Shown: positions 1-11,084, numbered from the stretch's first letter. The stretch: DNA of 64,000 nt from an uncultured Gemmatimonadaceae bacterium (GCA_963751275.1 CAVVTZ010000009.1:664848-728847); one strand, 5' to 3'. The notes: generated by a model from the letters alone, not told the origin. Translations and numbers: made by a program.

Positions 1-86
1 GGGCCGAAGAACGTGACGTACGCCCACACCACGAGCATGACCGCGGCCAGCGGGTACGCGAAGCGCAGGAGGATCTGCGTGACCAT
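1..86 (-). CDS. 5' end of a membrane/secreted protein (partial, runs off window)
   Basis: ATG at 86 preceded by GGAGA RBS; reads MVTQILLRFAYPLAAVMLVVWAYVTFFG, hydrophobic. Confidence 0.55.
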   Translation of the reverse strand, partial: MVTQILLRFAYPLAAVMLVVWAYVTFFG

Positions 87-300
87 GAGTGTTTTCTCCG
101 ATTGACGCCCCGTGCGCCATTCCCTACATTCGGCCAAGAACAGAATACGGGGCGAAGAGATTCCATTTTTGAGCCAACAAGTCTCTCGGGTGGGTTCGAT
201 AATCTATGCTGACGCCATGCCCCGTACGGGGAAGGCGGAAGGTGTGGTGAGGACCTCATACATTCGACGGGGCTTCAAAAACCCTCTTCGTTCCACTCCT

Positions 301-328
301 TCGGGCCCCGTCGCAAGGCGGGGCCCGA
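301..328. terminator. GC-rich hairpin just downstream of the antiporter stop
   Basis: TCGGGCCCCG-N8-CGGGGCCCGA perfect 10-bp stem; no U-tract. Confidence 0.4.
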
Positions 329-331
329 TCG

Positions 332-1573
332 TCATCCGGCGGCCTTTCGCGGCCGCTTCCACAGCTCCCAGAGTATCCGCGGCGCCACCGGTTTGAGCCA
401 GGGCCACGCAAGCACCGACCCCACCGCCCACGCTGCATAGACCCACATGATCGGCGTGCGCCAGTGCGGCACCAGGAATTGCGCCAGCCAAAGCACGAAG
501 AGTCCGGTCGCGTCCCACCACTCGAACCGCATGTTCAGCACGAGCAGCACGGCCACCACGCTCTGCATGAGCGTGAGCAGGATCTCGTCGCGCTGCGGAC
601 CGTCGAAGGGGAGGCTCGCGGGCGTTCCGCGCGCGATGGAGAACGCGATCGGGATCATCGCCGCGAGCACGGTCCACTGATTGATGTTGCTCGACATCAT
701 GTTCATCATCGCCATCGGCGCCTTCTTCGGGCGGCTCGCCCAATGGAACGCGCTCACCTTCTCGGGGAACTCGCTGATGAAGGGCGCCACCCACTGCACG
801 AAGACGAACTGGCTGACGCCGAGCGTCGCCGCGAGCGCAAGCATCGATGCGAGGAACGGGTGCGCGGTGAAATAGATCATCGCGCCGCCCACGAGGAACA
901 ATCCCGCGATGGCGACGCCGCGCCAGCGGCCCGGCCGCGTGTACGCCCACCGCGACATCCATGGCGCATCGGCGAGTTTCTCTTCGTGCTGCGGCGGCAT
1001 CCGCCACAGTACCGCGAGATAAGCGAAATACATCGCGATGAGCACCGCCGCGTCCACCGGTCCGAGCGAGCCCTTGTACCAGATCCACACGAAGTAGAGC
1101 AGCGGCGGCACGGTGCCGAGCACTTCAACCGCGTGCTCGTCGTCGAGATGGATGGCGCCCAGTTTCTTCCCGCGGCGCCGCGAGTACACGGCGGCCACCG
1201 CGTAGATCATCGGCCAGCCGAGCCCCACGAGCAGGCGGATCGCCCCGGTGAAGTTCGCGATGGCGAGATGCGACGTGCAGCCGGCGGGCGGCATGGCGAC
1301 GAAGCACGACGGTGCATCGTGGCCGGCGTGCCAGGCGATCACGGCCTCCACCGCGAATTCGGGGAGCGTCTGCAGCCAGGCGAGGATCGCGAGGGCGAGC
1401 CCCTGCGACATCATGAACTGCGCGGCCTCCGCGCCCCACGCCACGAGGAAGGCGCTGAGCAGCATCCCCGGGAAGGTCCACAGCGCCGACAGCGCGGAGG
1501 CGCCGGCGCTGGACGCGGCCGCGCTCGCTAGCTTGATTCTGAGGACGATCCCGGGCACGGCGCTCCGTCTCAT
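332..1573 (-). CDS. Sodium/calcium (CaCA-family) cation antiporter
   Basis: Multi-TM ORF with two alpha-repeat-like motifs ([18 protein letters not shown]) and ANFTGA / MSSNINQ; exact start uncertain. Confidence 0.8.
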   Translation of the reverse strand: MRRSAVPGIVLRIKLASAAASSAGASALSALWTFPGMLLSAFLVAWGAEAAQFMMSQGLALAILAWLQTLPEFAVEAVIAWHAGHDAPSCFVAMPPAGCTSHLAIANFTGAIRLLVGLGWPMIYAVAAVYSRRRGKKLGAIHLDDEHAVEVLGTVPPLLYFVWIWYKGSLGPVDAAVLIAMYFAYLAVLWRMPPQHEEKLADAPWMSRWAYTRPGRWRGVAIAGLFLVGGAMIYFTAHPFLASMLALAATLGVSQFVFVQWVAPFISEFPEKVSAFHWASRPKKAPMAMMNMMSSNINQWTVLAAMIPIAFSIARGTPASLPFDGPQRDEILLTLMQSVVAVLLVLNMRFEWWDATGLFVLWLAQFLVPHWRTPIMWVYAAWAVGSVLAWPWLKPVAPRILWELWKRPRKAAG

Positions 1574-1654
1574 GAGACAGGGTTCACGGCCCGCGGAAGG
1601 TACGCCGACGCGTGGAGCGCCTCAAGGCGCGCGCCGGCCAACGAGGGCACTGCC

Positions 1655-2341
1655 ATGACGCAATCCGCCGACGGAGCCGGCGCGCCGCAGCTGCGCCGCT
1701 CGAAGGAAGCCGACGACATCCACGAGACGCGCGCCGCCTGGGCGCACGACCTCGACCCCGCGCCCGAGCGGAATCCCGAGTTCGAGGGGATCGTGCATCG
1801 GATGCTCGAACTGGTCGGCGAGAATCCCGAGCGCGAGGGCTTGCTCAAGACCCCCGAGCGCGTCGCCAACTCGCTCACCTGGCTCACGCGCGGCTACGAT
1901 CTGGACGTGAACGAAGTGGTGGGCGACGCCGTGTTCGAGGAGTCGCATCAGAGCATGGTGATGGTGCGCGACATCGAGCTGTACTCGCTGTGCGAGCATC
2001 ACATGCTGCCCTTCTTCGGGAAGGCGCACGTCGCGTACATCCCCGACGGGCGCATCGTGGGATTGTCGAAGCTGCCGCGCATCGTGGAAGTGTTCGCGCG
2101 CCGGCTGCAGGTGCAGGAGCGGCTCACGGAGCAGATCGCGCAGGCGGTGGAGGACGTGTTGAATCCGCGCGGCGTGGGCGTGGTGATCGAGGCGTACCAC
2201 CTGTGCATGATGATGCGCGGCGTGCAGAAGCAGAATTCGCAGACCGTGACGTCGGCGGTGCGCGGCCTCTTCCGGAGCGATCCGCGCACGCGCGAGGAGT
2301 TCCTGGCGCTGGCGCAGTCGCGGGCGTCGACATTCCGGTGA
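1655..2341 (+). CDS. folE: GTP cyclohydrolase I
   Basis: Motifs [44 protein letters not shown]. Confidence 0.97.
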   Translation: MTQSADGAGAPQLRRSKEADDIHETRAAWAHDLDPAPERNPEFEGIVHRMLELVGENPEREGLLKTPERVANSLTWLTRGYDLDVNEVVGDAVFEESHQSMVMVRDIELYSLCEHHMLPFFGKAHVAYIPDGRIVGLSKLPRIVEVFARRLQVQERLTEQIAQAVEDVLNPRGVGVVIEAYHLCMMMRGVQKQNSQTVTSAVRGLFRSDPRTREEFLALAQSRASTFR

Positions 2342-3057
2342 GCGCGGCGCTCGCGGGGCGAACGGTGGTCGTCACGGGCGCGTCGCGCGGGATCGGGCTC
2401 GCCACCGCGCGCGCGCTCGCCGCGGCCGGTGCGCGCGTGGCGCTGCTCGCGCGCAGCGCCGAGTCGATCGCGAAGATCGCCACGGAGTTGGGCGGCGGCG
2501 CGATCGCCGTCCCGTGCGACGTGACCGACGAGAGCGCCGTGGCGCGCGCCGCCGCGGCCGTGCGCGACGCGTTCGGCGACGCGCCGGAGATCCTCGTCAA
2601 CAATGCGGGCATCTTCGCGCCCGCTTCGGTGGCGATCACGAGCATCGAGTCGTTCCGCGAGACGATCGCGGTGGATCTCATCGCGCCCTTCTTGTTGGTG
2701 CGTACCGTGCTCCCGCGGATGATCGAGCGCGGCAATGGGCACATCGTGACGATCGGCTCCAACGCGGACCGCCACGCGTTCCCGGAGAATGGCTCGTATT
2801 CCGCCGCCCGCTACGGCGGGCGCGGGCTGCACGAGGTCATGCGCGCGGAATTGCGCGGCACCGGCGTGCGCGCGACGCTCGTCTCGCCGTCGTCGGTGGA
2901 CACCACCATCTGGGACGGCGTGGACCCGCTGCGCCGGGCGCGATTCCCCGCGCGCGACGCGATGCTCGCGGCCGATGATGTCGCCGCGGCCGTGCTCTAC
3001 GCCGTGTCGCAGCCGCCGCGCGTGAACATCGACGAACTGCGCCTCTCGCGCGCGTAA
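2338..3057 (+). CDS. Short-chain dehydrogenase/reductase
   Basis: GTG overlaps folE stop; [17 protein letters not shown] (Y-x3-K to R variant). Confidence 0.9.
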   Translation: MSAALAGRTVVVTGASRGIGLATARALAAAGARVALLARSAESIAKIATELGGGAIAVPCDVTDESAVARAAAAVRDAFGDAPEILVNNAGIFAPASVAITSIESFRETIAVDLIAPFLLVRTVLPRMIERGNGHIVTIGSNADRHAFPENGSYSAARYGGRGLHEVMRAELRGTGVRATLVSPSSVDTTIWDGVDPLRRARFPARDAMLAADDVAAAVLYAVSQPPRVNIDELRLSRA

Positions 3058-3064
3058 TGGCCCG

Positions 3065-3781
3065 GTGTTCTCCGAGCTGATCGAGTCGCTGCGCTGCGTG
3101 AACGCGCACGAACCCACCGGGCTCGTCGCGCTGTCCGACGAGACGGTGGAGCGCGACATCATCCGTGGCTCGCTCGGCTGCCCGCACTGCAAGGCGTCGT
3201 ATCCGGTGGCCGGGGCGGTGGCCGACTTCCGGCTGGGCCGCGCGGGCGCGCCGCTCCCGCCGGCCAAGGCGCGCCCCGCGGATGATCTCGCGATGCGCGC
3301 GGGCGCGCTGCTCGGGCTGACCGAGCCGGGCGGCGTGGTGGTGCTCGCCGGCGCGTGGGCGGCGTGCGCGCCGGAGATCGCGGGGCTCGCCGAACCGGTG
3401 CGCGTGCTCGCGCTGGACGCGCCGCCCGGCATCGCAAGCGGCTCGGGCGTGTCGCTCGCGCGCACGGCGGGAGAGATCCCGCTGCGCGCCGGCACCGCGC
3501 GCGGCATCGCGCTGGACGCGGCGCACGCGACGGCGAGCTATCTGGAGAGCGCCGCCGACGCGGTGTCGTCGCGCGGGCGGCTCGTGGCGCCGGCATCGGC
3601 GCCGGTGCCGGCCGGCTTCACCGAACTCGCGCGCGATGCGCGCGACTGGGTGGCGGAGAAGCTGCCGGTAGAGACCGTCGTGCCGCTCGCGCGCGCGCCG
3701 CGCCGCGAGCGCGGCGCGGGCGGCGCCGCGGATCAGTCGCCGCCGGCGCCGTCGTACAGGGAGTCCACGAGCTCCTTGTAG
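3065..3781 (+). CDS. Hypothetical protein with N-terminal Trm112-like Zn-ribbon
   Basis: LRCVNAHE...GSLGCPHCKASYPV pattern; co-oriented 7 bp after the SDR; 3' end overlaps the next gene. Confidence 0.55.
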   Translation: MFSELIESLRCVNAHEPTGLVALSDETVERDIIRGSLGCPHCKASYPVAGAVADFRLGRAGAPLPPAKARPADDLAMRAGALLGLTEPGGVVVLAGAWAACAPEIAGLAEPVRVLALDAPPGIASGSGVSLARTAGEIPLRAGTARGIALDAAHATASYLESAADAVSSRGRLVAPASAPVPAGFTELARDARDWVAEKLPVETVVPLARAPRRERGAGGAADQSPPAPSYRESTSSL

Positions 3782-5568
3782 CGCTTGTCCACCACGCGCC
3801 GCTTCACCTTGAGCGTGGGCGTGAGCTCGCCGCTCTCGATGGTGAAATCGTTCTCCAGCAGGCCGAGTTTCTTCGGCTGCTCGAAATGCGCGAGGCCGTG
3901 CAGATTCTCGAGCACCTCTTTCTCCATTTTCGCTTTCACTGCCGGGTGGTGCACCATCGCCGAGTGATCGGGGAAGGTGAGCCCCTGCGTGGCCGCCCAT
4001 TTCTCGAGTTGGTCGAAGTTCGGCACGACGAGCATCACCGGGAACTTCCGCTTATCGCCGATCATCACCGCCTGCAGGACGAACTTGTTGGTCTTCACCT
4101 GGTTCTCGATCGGCTGCGGCGCGATGTTCTTGCCGCCGGCGGTCACGATGATGTCCTTCTTCCGGTCGGTGATGCGCAGGTAGCCATTCTCGAGCACGCC
4201 GATGTCGCCGGTGTGGAACCAGCCCTCGGCGTCGATCGCTTCCTTCGTCGCGTCGGGATGGTTGTAGTAGCCCTTCATCACGTGCGGGCCGCGGGTGAGG
4301 ATCTCCCCGTCGGCGGCGATCAGCACCTCGATGCCGGCGATCGGGTGCCCCACCGTGCCGATGCGGTTGTACTCCGGGGTGTTCACCGCGATCACGGGCG
4401 ACGTCTCGGTGAGGCCGTAGCCCTCGAGGATCAGCAGCCCCGCCGCGTAGAAGAAGCTGTTGATCTCGGGCGCGAGCGGCGCGCCGCCGCTCACGAAGTA
4501 GCGCAGCCGCCCGCCCACGCGCTCGCGCAGCTTGGAGAACACGAGCTTGTCGGCGATCTGGTACTGGAAGGCGAGGAAGCCCTTGGGCGCGCGCCCCGCC
4601 TGCATCTCCGCCGCCCACCGGTCGCCCACGCCGCGCGCCCAGAGGAAGATGTTCTTCTTGAGCGCGCCGCCGGCCAGCGCCTTCTCGAGCACCGCGGCGT
4701 AGATCTTCTCGTAGATGCGCGGCACCGATACCACGATCGTCGGCTTGATCTCGCCGATGTTCTCGAGGATCGTGTTGATCGACTCCACGTACGCGATCGA
4801 CACGCCCACGTGGAACATCAGGAAGTCGAACATCCGCTCCAGGATGTGCGAGAGTGGCAGGAAGCTCAGCGACACATCGGTGCTGCGGAAGGGGATCACC
4901 GCCTGCACGGCCGTGACGTTCGACGTGATGTTGCCGTGCGAGAGCATCGCGCCCTTTGGCGCGCCGGTGGTGCCCGAGGTGTAGATGATCGTCGCGAGGT
5001 CGTCGGGCCGCACCGAGAGGGCGTCGGCACGGTACTGCGCGAGCGACGCCGCGCTCTCCGCCGCCGCGCCGCGCCCCTCCAGCGCCGCGAGCGACAGCTC
5101 GACGCCGGGCAGCCGCTCCTCCGCGAAGGAGATCACGTGCTGCAGCGCCGGCAGCTCCCCGCGCACTTCCGCGATCTTCGCCGCCTGCTCGGCGGTGGAC
5201 ACGAAGCACGCGACCGCGCCCGAGTCCTTCAGGATGTACGCCATCTGTTCCGCCGGCAGCGTGGGGTAGAGCGGCACGTTCGTCACGCCGCTCGTGAGAC
5301 ACGCGTAGTCGGCGATCGCCCACTCGGGCCGGTTCTCGGAGAGCAGCCCCACCCGGGCGCCGCGCGTGATACCCAGCGTGCGCAGGCCGAGCGCCGCGCG
5401 CCGAACACGGTCCGCGATCAGGCGGTGCGAGTACGGCCGGAACACGCCGTTCACCTTCGCCTGCAGCGCGTTGTCGCGGTCGTGCCGTTCCACCGCATCG
5501 AAGAAGAGTTGGTTCAGCGTGCCCGGCGCGGTGCGCATCGATCCGGTGATGGGGGCGGGGGCGGTCAT
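3733..5568 (-). CDS. Long-chain fatty acid-CoA ligase (AMP-binding)
   Basis: YTSGTTGAPKG, EGYGLTE, GWFHTGDIG, TPTLKVKR motifs; GGAGA RBS before ATG 5568. Confidence 0.93.
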   Translation of the reverse strand: MTAPAPITGSMRTAPGTLNQLFFDAVERHDRDNALQAKVNGVFRPYSHRLIADRVRRAALGLRTLGITRGARVGLLSENRPEWAIADYACLTSGVTNVPLYPTLPAEQMAYILKDSGAVACFVSTAEQAAKIAEVRGELPALQHVISFAEERLPGVELSLAALEGRGAAAESAASLAQYRADALSVRPDDLATIIYTSGTTGAPKGAMLSHGNITSNVTAVQAVIPFRSTDVSLSFLPLSHILERMFDFLMFHVGVSIAYVESINTILENIGEIKPTIVVSVPRIYEKIYAAVLEKALAGGALKKNIFLWARGVGDRWAAEMQAGRAPKGFLAFQYQIADKLVFSKLRERVGGRLRYFVSGGAPLAPEINSFFYAAGLLILEGYGLTETSPVIAVNTPEYNRIGTVGHPIAGIEVLIAADGEILTRGPHVMKGYYNHPDATKEAIDAEGWFHTGDIGVLENGYLRITDRKKDIIVTAGGKNIAPQPIENQVKTNKFVLQAVMIGDKRKFPVMLVVPNFDQLEKWAATQGLTFPDHSAMVHHPAVKAKMEKEVLENLHGLAHFEQPKKLGLLENDFTIESGELTPTLKVKRRVVDKRYKELVDSLYDGAGGD

Positions 5569-5602
5569 GGGAGTCTCCAACGGCGGGTGCCGGCTCGGAC
5601 GG

Positions 5603-6385
5603 TCAGTGGATGTGCAGGTTGATCGTGAAGTGCACCGGACTGCCCGGCACGGGGGTGTGGTCCTGTTCGTAGGCGAAGACGTTCACGCCCATCGTGTCGG
5701 TGAGCGTGTCGGCGAGCAGCGTGAGCTTCAGCTGCAGCGTCGAGAGTCCGCCGCCCACGGTGGTGTCGACCAGCTGCGGGACCAGTGCGCCATTCACGAT
5801 CTGCGGTTGCGATGGGGTGAGGTTCGTGTTCGAGAGCGGATAGGTGATCACGTACTGGAGCCGGTACGGCGAGATGCCGGTCGTGTCGATCCCCACGATG
5901 TGCGAGAGCACCGTCGGCAACGGCATCGTGGTGTCGCGGCCGTTCGCCTTGTTGTAATCGAGTGTGCGCACCGTGCTGTCAAGAGGATAAAAGCTGTCAG
6001 GATGCAGCACGACGGGGATCGTGACGGGCAGCGTCTGGATCCCGCCGATGAAGGCGAGCACCCGCGCGGAGCCGGTGTCGGTGGCGAACATCTTTCCGCT
6101 CACCGAGTCGACCGACGCGTTCTCGCGGCCGGTGAGCACGATGAACCGGATGGGCGCGCCGGGGATCGAATCGCCCTGGTTGTTGTACGCGGTCGCTTGC
6201 AGCGGCACGACGTTGCCCAGCGTGTCGTGGAGGGAATCGAACACCACCATCGACGGCAGCTGCGGCGGTGTGAGCCCCAGCGAGAGCACGGCATTCGGGT
6301 CCGTGGGCACAGTGGTGCACGCGAGCGCGACCGTGAAGACCACGAGCGCGCCGCCGAGCGCGGCGCGGAGTGGCGGGCGCCTCAT
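5603..6385 (-). CDS. Hypothetical lipoprotein (beta-rich, Ig-like)
   Basis: ATG overlaps ParA stop (ATGA); signal peptide with lipobox ALAC; Thr/Pro/Val-rich. Confidence 0.65.
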   Translation of the reverse strand: MRRPPLRAALGGALVVFTVALACTTVPTDPNAVLSLGLTPPQLPSMVVFDSLHDTLGNVVPLQATAYNNQGDSIPGAPIRFIVLTGRENASVDSVSGKMFATDTGSARVLAFIGGIQTLPVTIPVVLHPDSFYPLDSTVRTLDYNKANGRDTTMPLPTVLSHIVGIDTTGISPYRLQYVITYPLSNTNLTPSQPQIVNGALVPQLVDTTVGGGLSTLQLKLTLLADTLTDTMGVNVFAYEQDHTPVPGSPVHFTINLHIH

Positions 6386-7149
6386 GCGAGCCGCGAGGCG
6401 AGGAGCGTGGCGAGGTTCACGTAGGCCTGCGACGCCGGGTCGGCCGCGTCGCGCAGCACCACCGGCTGGCCGGCGGCGAACGCTTCCATGGCGCCCGCGC
6501 TCCGCGGAATGGTGATCTCGAGCACCATGTCCTTGGGCAGGTGGGCGCGGGCGTATTCCGCCACCTTCATGCTGATCGGATTCGCGGCATTGGTCATCGT
6601 CAGGACTATACCGTCGAATACCAGCTTTGGGTTCGCGGCGGCGATCGCCTGGATGCCGCGCAGGATCTGCGGGGTGGTCTGGAGGGCGAGCGGCTCGCAC
6701 TGGAGGGGCACGAGCACGTGCTGGCTCAGCTTGAGCACGCGGTGCGAGATCGGCCCGAGGCCGGGGGGCGTGTCCACCACCACGACATCGCAGCGCTCGC
6801 GCGCCAGCGCGATGACCTCGGCCAGCGACTGATCGCGTTCGACGTGCTCGTGGAAGCTCGTGTGGTCGGACTCGCCGGACACCGAGCCCGCGAGGATCAC
6901 GCGCAGCCAGGGCAGGGCAGTGGGAAGGATGACGTCGCGCAGCGCCTTGGAGCCGTTGAGATAGTCCGAGATCCCGAAGGGCGCGTGCCCGCGGCGAAGG
7001 CCGACGCCGAAGCGCACCGCGCCCTGCGGGTCGGCATTGATGAGGAGCGTCTTGAGGCCGCGGCGCGCGAAGGCGGCGGAGAGATTCACCGCCGTGGTCG
7101 TCTTGCCGACGCCGCCCTTCTGACTGACGATCGCAAGGACAGGTCCCAC
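6382..7149 (-). CDS. ParA/Soj-family ATPase (orphan)
   Basis: Deviant Walker A QKGGVGKTT, NADPQG, VVDTPP; GTG start 7149. Confidence 0.92.
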   Translation of the reverse strand: MGPVLAIVSQKGGVGKTTTAVNLSAAFARRGLKTLLINADPQGAVRFGVGLRRGHAPFGISDYLNGSKALRDVILPTALPWLRVILAGSVSGESDHTSFHEHVERDQSLAEVIALARERCDVVVVDTPPGLGPISHRVLKLSQHVLVPLQCEPLALQTTPQILRGIQAIAAANPKLVFDGIVLTMTNAANPISMKVAEYARAHLPKDMVLEITIPRSAGAMEAFAAGQPVVLRDAADPASQAYVNLATLLASRLA

Positions 7150-7151
7150 GG

Positions 7152-7607
7152 CTACTCGGGCTCGCGCAGATCGCCGACGCCGCCGCCGGCCTGGATCTTG
7201 TCGAGCGTGGCCTGCGCGTGCGCGATCCACTGCGCGGCCTCCTCGCCGCGCGGCGGATGCTCGAGGAACGCGCGCAAGTGCTGCTCGGCGCCCGGCGCGT
7301 CGCCGCGCTTGAGGAGCAGGAAGGCGAGGCCGTAGTGCGCGCCCGAGAGCTTCCCGTCGAGCTCGAGCGCGCGCCGGTAGCTGCGCAGCGCTTCGTCGTA
7401 GCGCCCCGTTTTCGTGCACGCGATCGCGAGATTGGTCACGATCTTGGGATCGTTCGGGAAGTCTCGCATCGCGAGACGGTACGACGTCAGGGCCGCGTCG
7501 TAGTTGCCCTGACGCTCGAGGGCGAGCGCCTCGCCGAGATAGTCGAGACGCGGCGGCCGCGTCGCGCGGCCGGAACCCAGCCCGAGAAGTCGGCGCCACC
7601 AGGACAT
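7152..7607 (-). CDS. Tetratricopeptide repeat protein
   Basis: Repeated TPR helices (GNYDAALTSYRLA, GRYDEALRSYRRA, AHYGLA). Confidence 0.85.
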   Translation of the reverse strand: MSWWRRLLGLGSGRATRPPRLDYLGEALALERQGNYDAALTSYRLAMRDFPNDPKIVTNLAIACTKTGRYDEALRSYRRALELDGKLSGAHYGLAFLLLKRGDAPGAEQHLRAFLEHPPRGEEAAQWIAHAQATLDKIQAGGGVGDLREPE

Positions 7608-7809
7608 GCGATCGGGAGTCAGGAGGTCATTGGTGGTGGTCGTCGGTTGAGCGTGGACGCCGGCGCAACGTGCTCTCGCTGCGCAAAGTTACCGATTCAC
7701 CGCGGGGGGAGCAACACGCTGTCGCCATCGCGGGCCCGGGCATAGCTTTCCCGTCCGGTCCGGGCGCGCAATGGTGGCGCGCCGCCGGGTCCTCGAGCAG
7801 GGAGATCCA

Positions 7810-8328
7810 ATGTCGCCACGGCGGAAGACGGTGGACCAGGCGCGCGGCGTCATGGAAGTGGACTGGCCGCTCTTCGGCGAGCTGTCGCGCGCGCTCGCGC
7901 TGAAAGTGGCGCGCTCGTACGACCCCGAGATCGTGGTGGGCGTGGCGACGGCCGGCGTCGTGCCGGGCGCGGTGATCGCCGCGATCCTGGACCGCGAATT
8001 CCATTCGATCGTGGTGAGCCGGCGCATCCACAGCGCCGTGGTGCGCGACACGCCGGCGATCTTCGGCCAGGCGCCGCCGGAAGTGCGCGACCGCCGCGTG
8101 CTCGTGGTGGACGAGACCTGCGACAGCGGCGACACGCTGCGCCTCGCCGTGGCCGCGATCGTGAACGCCGGCGCGGCCGACGTGCGCACCGCGGTGGGGT
8201 TCCGCACCGGCAACTACGCGCCGGACTTCTCGGGGCTGGAGACGGAGTCGATGATCATTCTCCCGTGGGACAGGGAGATCCTCGTGAATGGGGAGCTCGT
8301 CTTGAAGCCGGAATATCGAACGACCTAA
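7810..8328 (+). CDS. Type I phosphoribosyltransferase
   Basis: PRPP-binding VLVVDETCDSGDT, ILPW motif; GGAG RBS. Confidence 0.85.
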   Translation: MSPRRKTVDQARGVMEVDWPLFGELSRALALKVARSYDPEIVVGVATAGVVPGAVIAAILDREFHSIVVSRRIHSAVVRDTPAIFGQAPPEVRDRRVLVVDETCDSGDTLRLAVAAIVNAGAADVRTAVGFRTGNYAPDFSGLETESMIILPWDREILVNGELVLKPEYRTT

Positions 8329-8480
8329 CGGCAGGCTGGCGGCTGGCGGCTGTCCAATACAAATGCGAAGGGCTCCTCGGATCACGGGAGCCCTTCGCAT
8401 TTGCGTTTGACAGCCGCCAGCCGACAGTCTGCCGTTAGGTCTGCAAACGACAGCCTCCAGCCGACAGCCTGCCGTTAGGT
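8323..8480. repeat. Three copies (1 forward, 2 reverse) of a 32-bp repeat enclosing a terminator-like hairpin
   Basis: 8323-8354 vs reverse complement of 8409-8440 and 8449-8480 (30/32 each); inner stem AAATGCGAAGGGCTCC / GGAGCCCTTCGCATTT. Confidence 0.85.
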
Positions 8481-8482
8481 CG

Positions 8483-9044
8483 TCACACCAGCTGCCCCGC
8501 CGCCTCCTCGTATCCTCGCCCCGCCTCCATCTCCGCAAAGATGAACCCCAGCACCTCGCTGCTCCCCAGCAGGAAGCGGCAGCGCGGCGCGCCCATCGAG
8601 CGGCATTCGACTTCGAGCACGGCGAGTGGCGCGTCGGAGAGGCGGCCGAAGAAATCGGCGAACATGCCGGTGGTGAAATGGCACGCGGGGTGGTCGAGCT
8701 TGCTCGCGGGATCGGCCTCGTGCCAGTCGGCGGAGTCCACCGCGACCACGGCGTCGTTCAGCGCGCTCACGGTGATCTTTCCCCAGCCCGTCGCCTGGAA
8801 GTACAGTGACGCGCGGTTCTGGAATTCGGCCATTCTCGAGTTCGTCGGGGCTCGCCTTGCCCTGCACGCGCAGCCACTGGCGGAACGACTCGAAGACGTT
8901 GTCGCCGCCGGCGTAGCCCGCTTCCTGCAGCCAGGACGCGGCGCCGGGTCCCGCTTCGCGCACGATGGCGGCGCGCAGGGCGGCGAGCGCGGAGCGGCTC
9001 ACCGCGAGCATCTGGTGGTCGGTGAGGTCGATCGGTTGCATCAT
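8483..9044 (-). CDS. V4R (4-vinyl reductase) domain protein, one indel near 8834
   Basis: GWGKI, PACHFTTGMFADFF, EVECRSMGAPRCRF; N-terminal half lies in another frame. Confidence 0.8.
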
Positions 9045-9055
9045 TGCTTTCCCCG

Positions 9056-11084
9056 TTATTTTCTGGCGGTGCGGCGGAGCAGTTCCGCCTCGTCGATCGT
9101 CTCGATGCCGAGCTCGCGCGCCTTCTCGAGCTTGCTGCCTCCCTCCGCGCCGGCCACCAGGAAGGCGGTCGCCTTGCTGACGCTCGACGCGACGCGCCCG
9201 CCGTGGGCGGTCACGAGCGCGGTGGCCTGCGCGCGCGACAACGTCGGCAGCGTCCCCGTAATGACGACTGTCAGCCCCGCCAGGCCACTCCCGGACTGTT
9301 CGGCGGCGGGTTCGTCCATGCGGACGCCGGCCTTCTTCAGCTTGGCGATGAGCGCGCGCGTGCTCGGATCGCGGAAGAAGGCCGCCACCGAATGCGCGAT
9401 CGTCTCGCCGATGCCGTGCACGCCGAGGATCTCCTCCTCGCTCGCGGCGGCGAGCGCGTCGAGCGAGGCGAAGTGGCGCGCGAGGAGCTGCGCCGTGCCG
9501 TCGCCCACGTGCCGGATGCCGAGCGCGTGCAGCAGCCGGCTGAGCGGCTGATGCTTCGACTCCGCGAGGGCCGCCACGAGCGCGTCGGCGCTCTTCTCGC
9601 CCAGCCGGTCGAGAGGCGCGAGCTGCTCCGCCCTGAGCGCGAATAGGTCGCCCGCATCGTGGATGAGGCCGGCCTCGAGCAGCTGCTCGATGCGCGCGTA
9701 GGAGAGCCCGCGGATGTCCATCGCGCCGCGCGACGCGAAGTGCACGAGCCCTTCGAGTTGCCGCCCCGGGCATGCCACGTTCGGGCAGTAGATGGCGACC
9801 TCCTCCTCGTCGCGCTCCACCTTCGTGCCGCACACCGGGCACTTCTTCGGCATGATCCAGGGCTTCTCCTCGCCGGTGCGCTTGTCGGGCACGGGGCCGA
9901 TCACCTGCGGGATCACATCGCCCGCGCGCTTCACCAGCACGAAGTCGCCCACGCGCAAGTCCTTCTCCGCGATCAGCTCGGCGTTGTGCAGCGTGGCGTT
10001 CTGGACCACCGTGCCGCCGATCTCCACCGGCTCGAGCACGGCGTACGGATTGAGCGCGCCGGTGCGGCCGACGTTCACGCGGATGTCGATGAGGCGGGTG
10101 GTGGCGATGTCGGGCGCGAACTTGCGCGCGATCGCCCAGCGCGGCTCGCGGCCGCCGATGTTGCCGAGTTCGTCCTGGCGCGCCAGCGAGTTCACCTTCA
10201 CCACCACGCCGTCGATCCCGAAGTTCAGCTCCGCGCGCAGCTGGTGCTCCACGTGGTGCACGAATGCCACCACCTCGTCGAGCGTCGCGAAGTGCTTCCG
10301 GTGCGGTTCCACCGGCACCGACCACTTCATGAGCGTGTCGAGCAACTCGGACTGCGTCTTGAAGGGGAGCGCGCTGCCGTCGGCGGCGGCCACGGCGAAC
10401 CCGAAGAAGCGCAGCGGCCGCTTGGCCGTCTCGCCGGGATCGAGCTGCCGCAGCGATCCCGCGGCGGAATTGCGCGGATTCGCGAACACCGCTTCCCCCG
10501 CGGCCGCGCGCTGCGCGTTGAGTTCCTCGAACTTGTCGAAGGGGAGATAGCATTCGCCGCGGATCTCGACGAGCGCCGGCGGACTGGGATCGTCGAGCCG
10601 CAGCGGGATCCCGCGCACGGTGCGCAGGTTGGCGGTCACGACCTCGCCGGTCGTCCCGTTCCCGCGCGTCGCGCCGGTGATGAGCACGCCCTGCTCATAG
10701 GTGAGGCTCACCGCGGCGCCATCGATCTTGAGCTCCGCCGTGTAGCCGCCCGCCGCGCCGCGCCCGATGAGCTTCACGATGCGCTCCTCCCACGCGCGCA
10801 GCTCATCGTCGTCGAAGGCGTTGCCGAGCGAGATCATCGGCACGAGATGGTCGTGCTTCGCGAGGTGCGACGCGGGAGGCGCGCCCACGCGCTGCGTCGG
10901 CGAATCGGGGGTGCGCAGCTCCGGATGCGCCGCTTCCAATTCCTGGAGCGCGCGGAAGAGGCGGTCGTACTCGAGGTCCGAGATCTCCGGCGCGTCGAGC
11001 ACGTAGTACTGATGACTCGCGCGCTCCAACGCGCGCCGCATCTCTTCCGCCCGTGCCGCCAGCGCCGCGCATCGTCTCCGCCAT
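9056..11084 (-). CDS. ligA: NAD-dependent DNA ligase (uninterrupted ORF from 11041; probable true start 11084 with an indel)
   Basis: ELKIDG adenylation motif, NPRNSAAGSLRQ, Zn finger, HhH and BRCT domains. Confidence 0.97.

Noticed and set aside
8323..8440. Bona fide attC making the PRT gene a cassette
   Set aside because: Stem lacks extrahelical bases and an unpaired spacer; the PRT gene has host-like composition and no upstream core site; kept only as an attC-like curiosity
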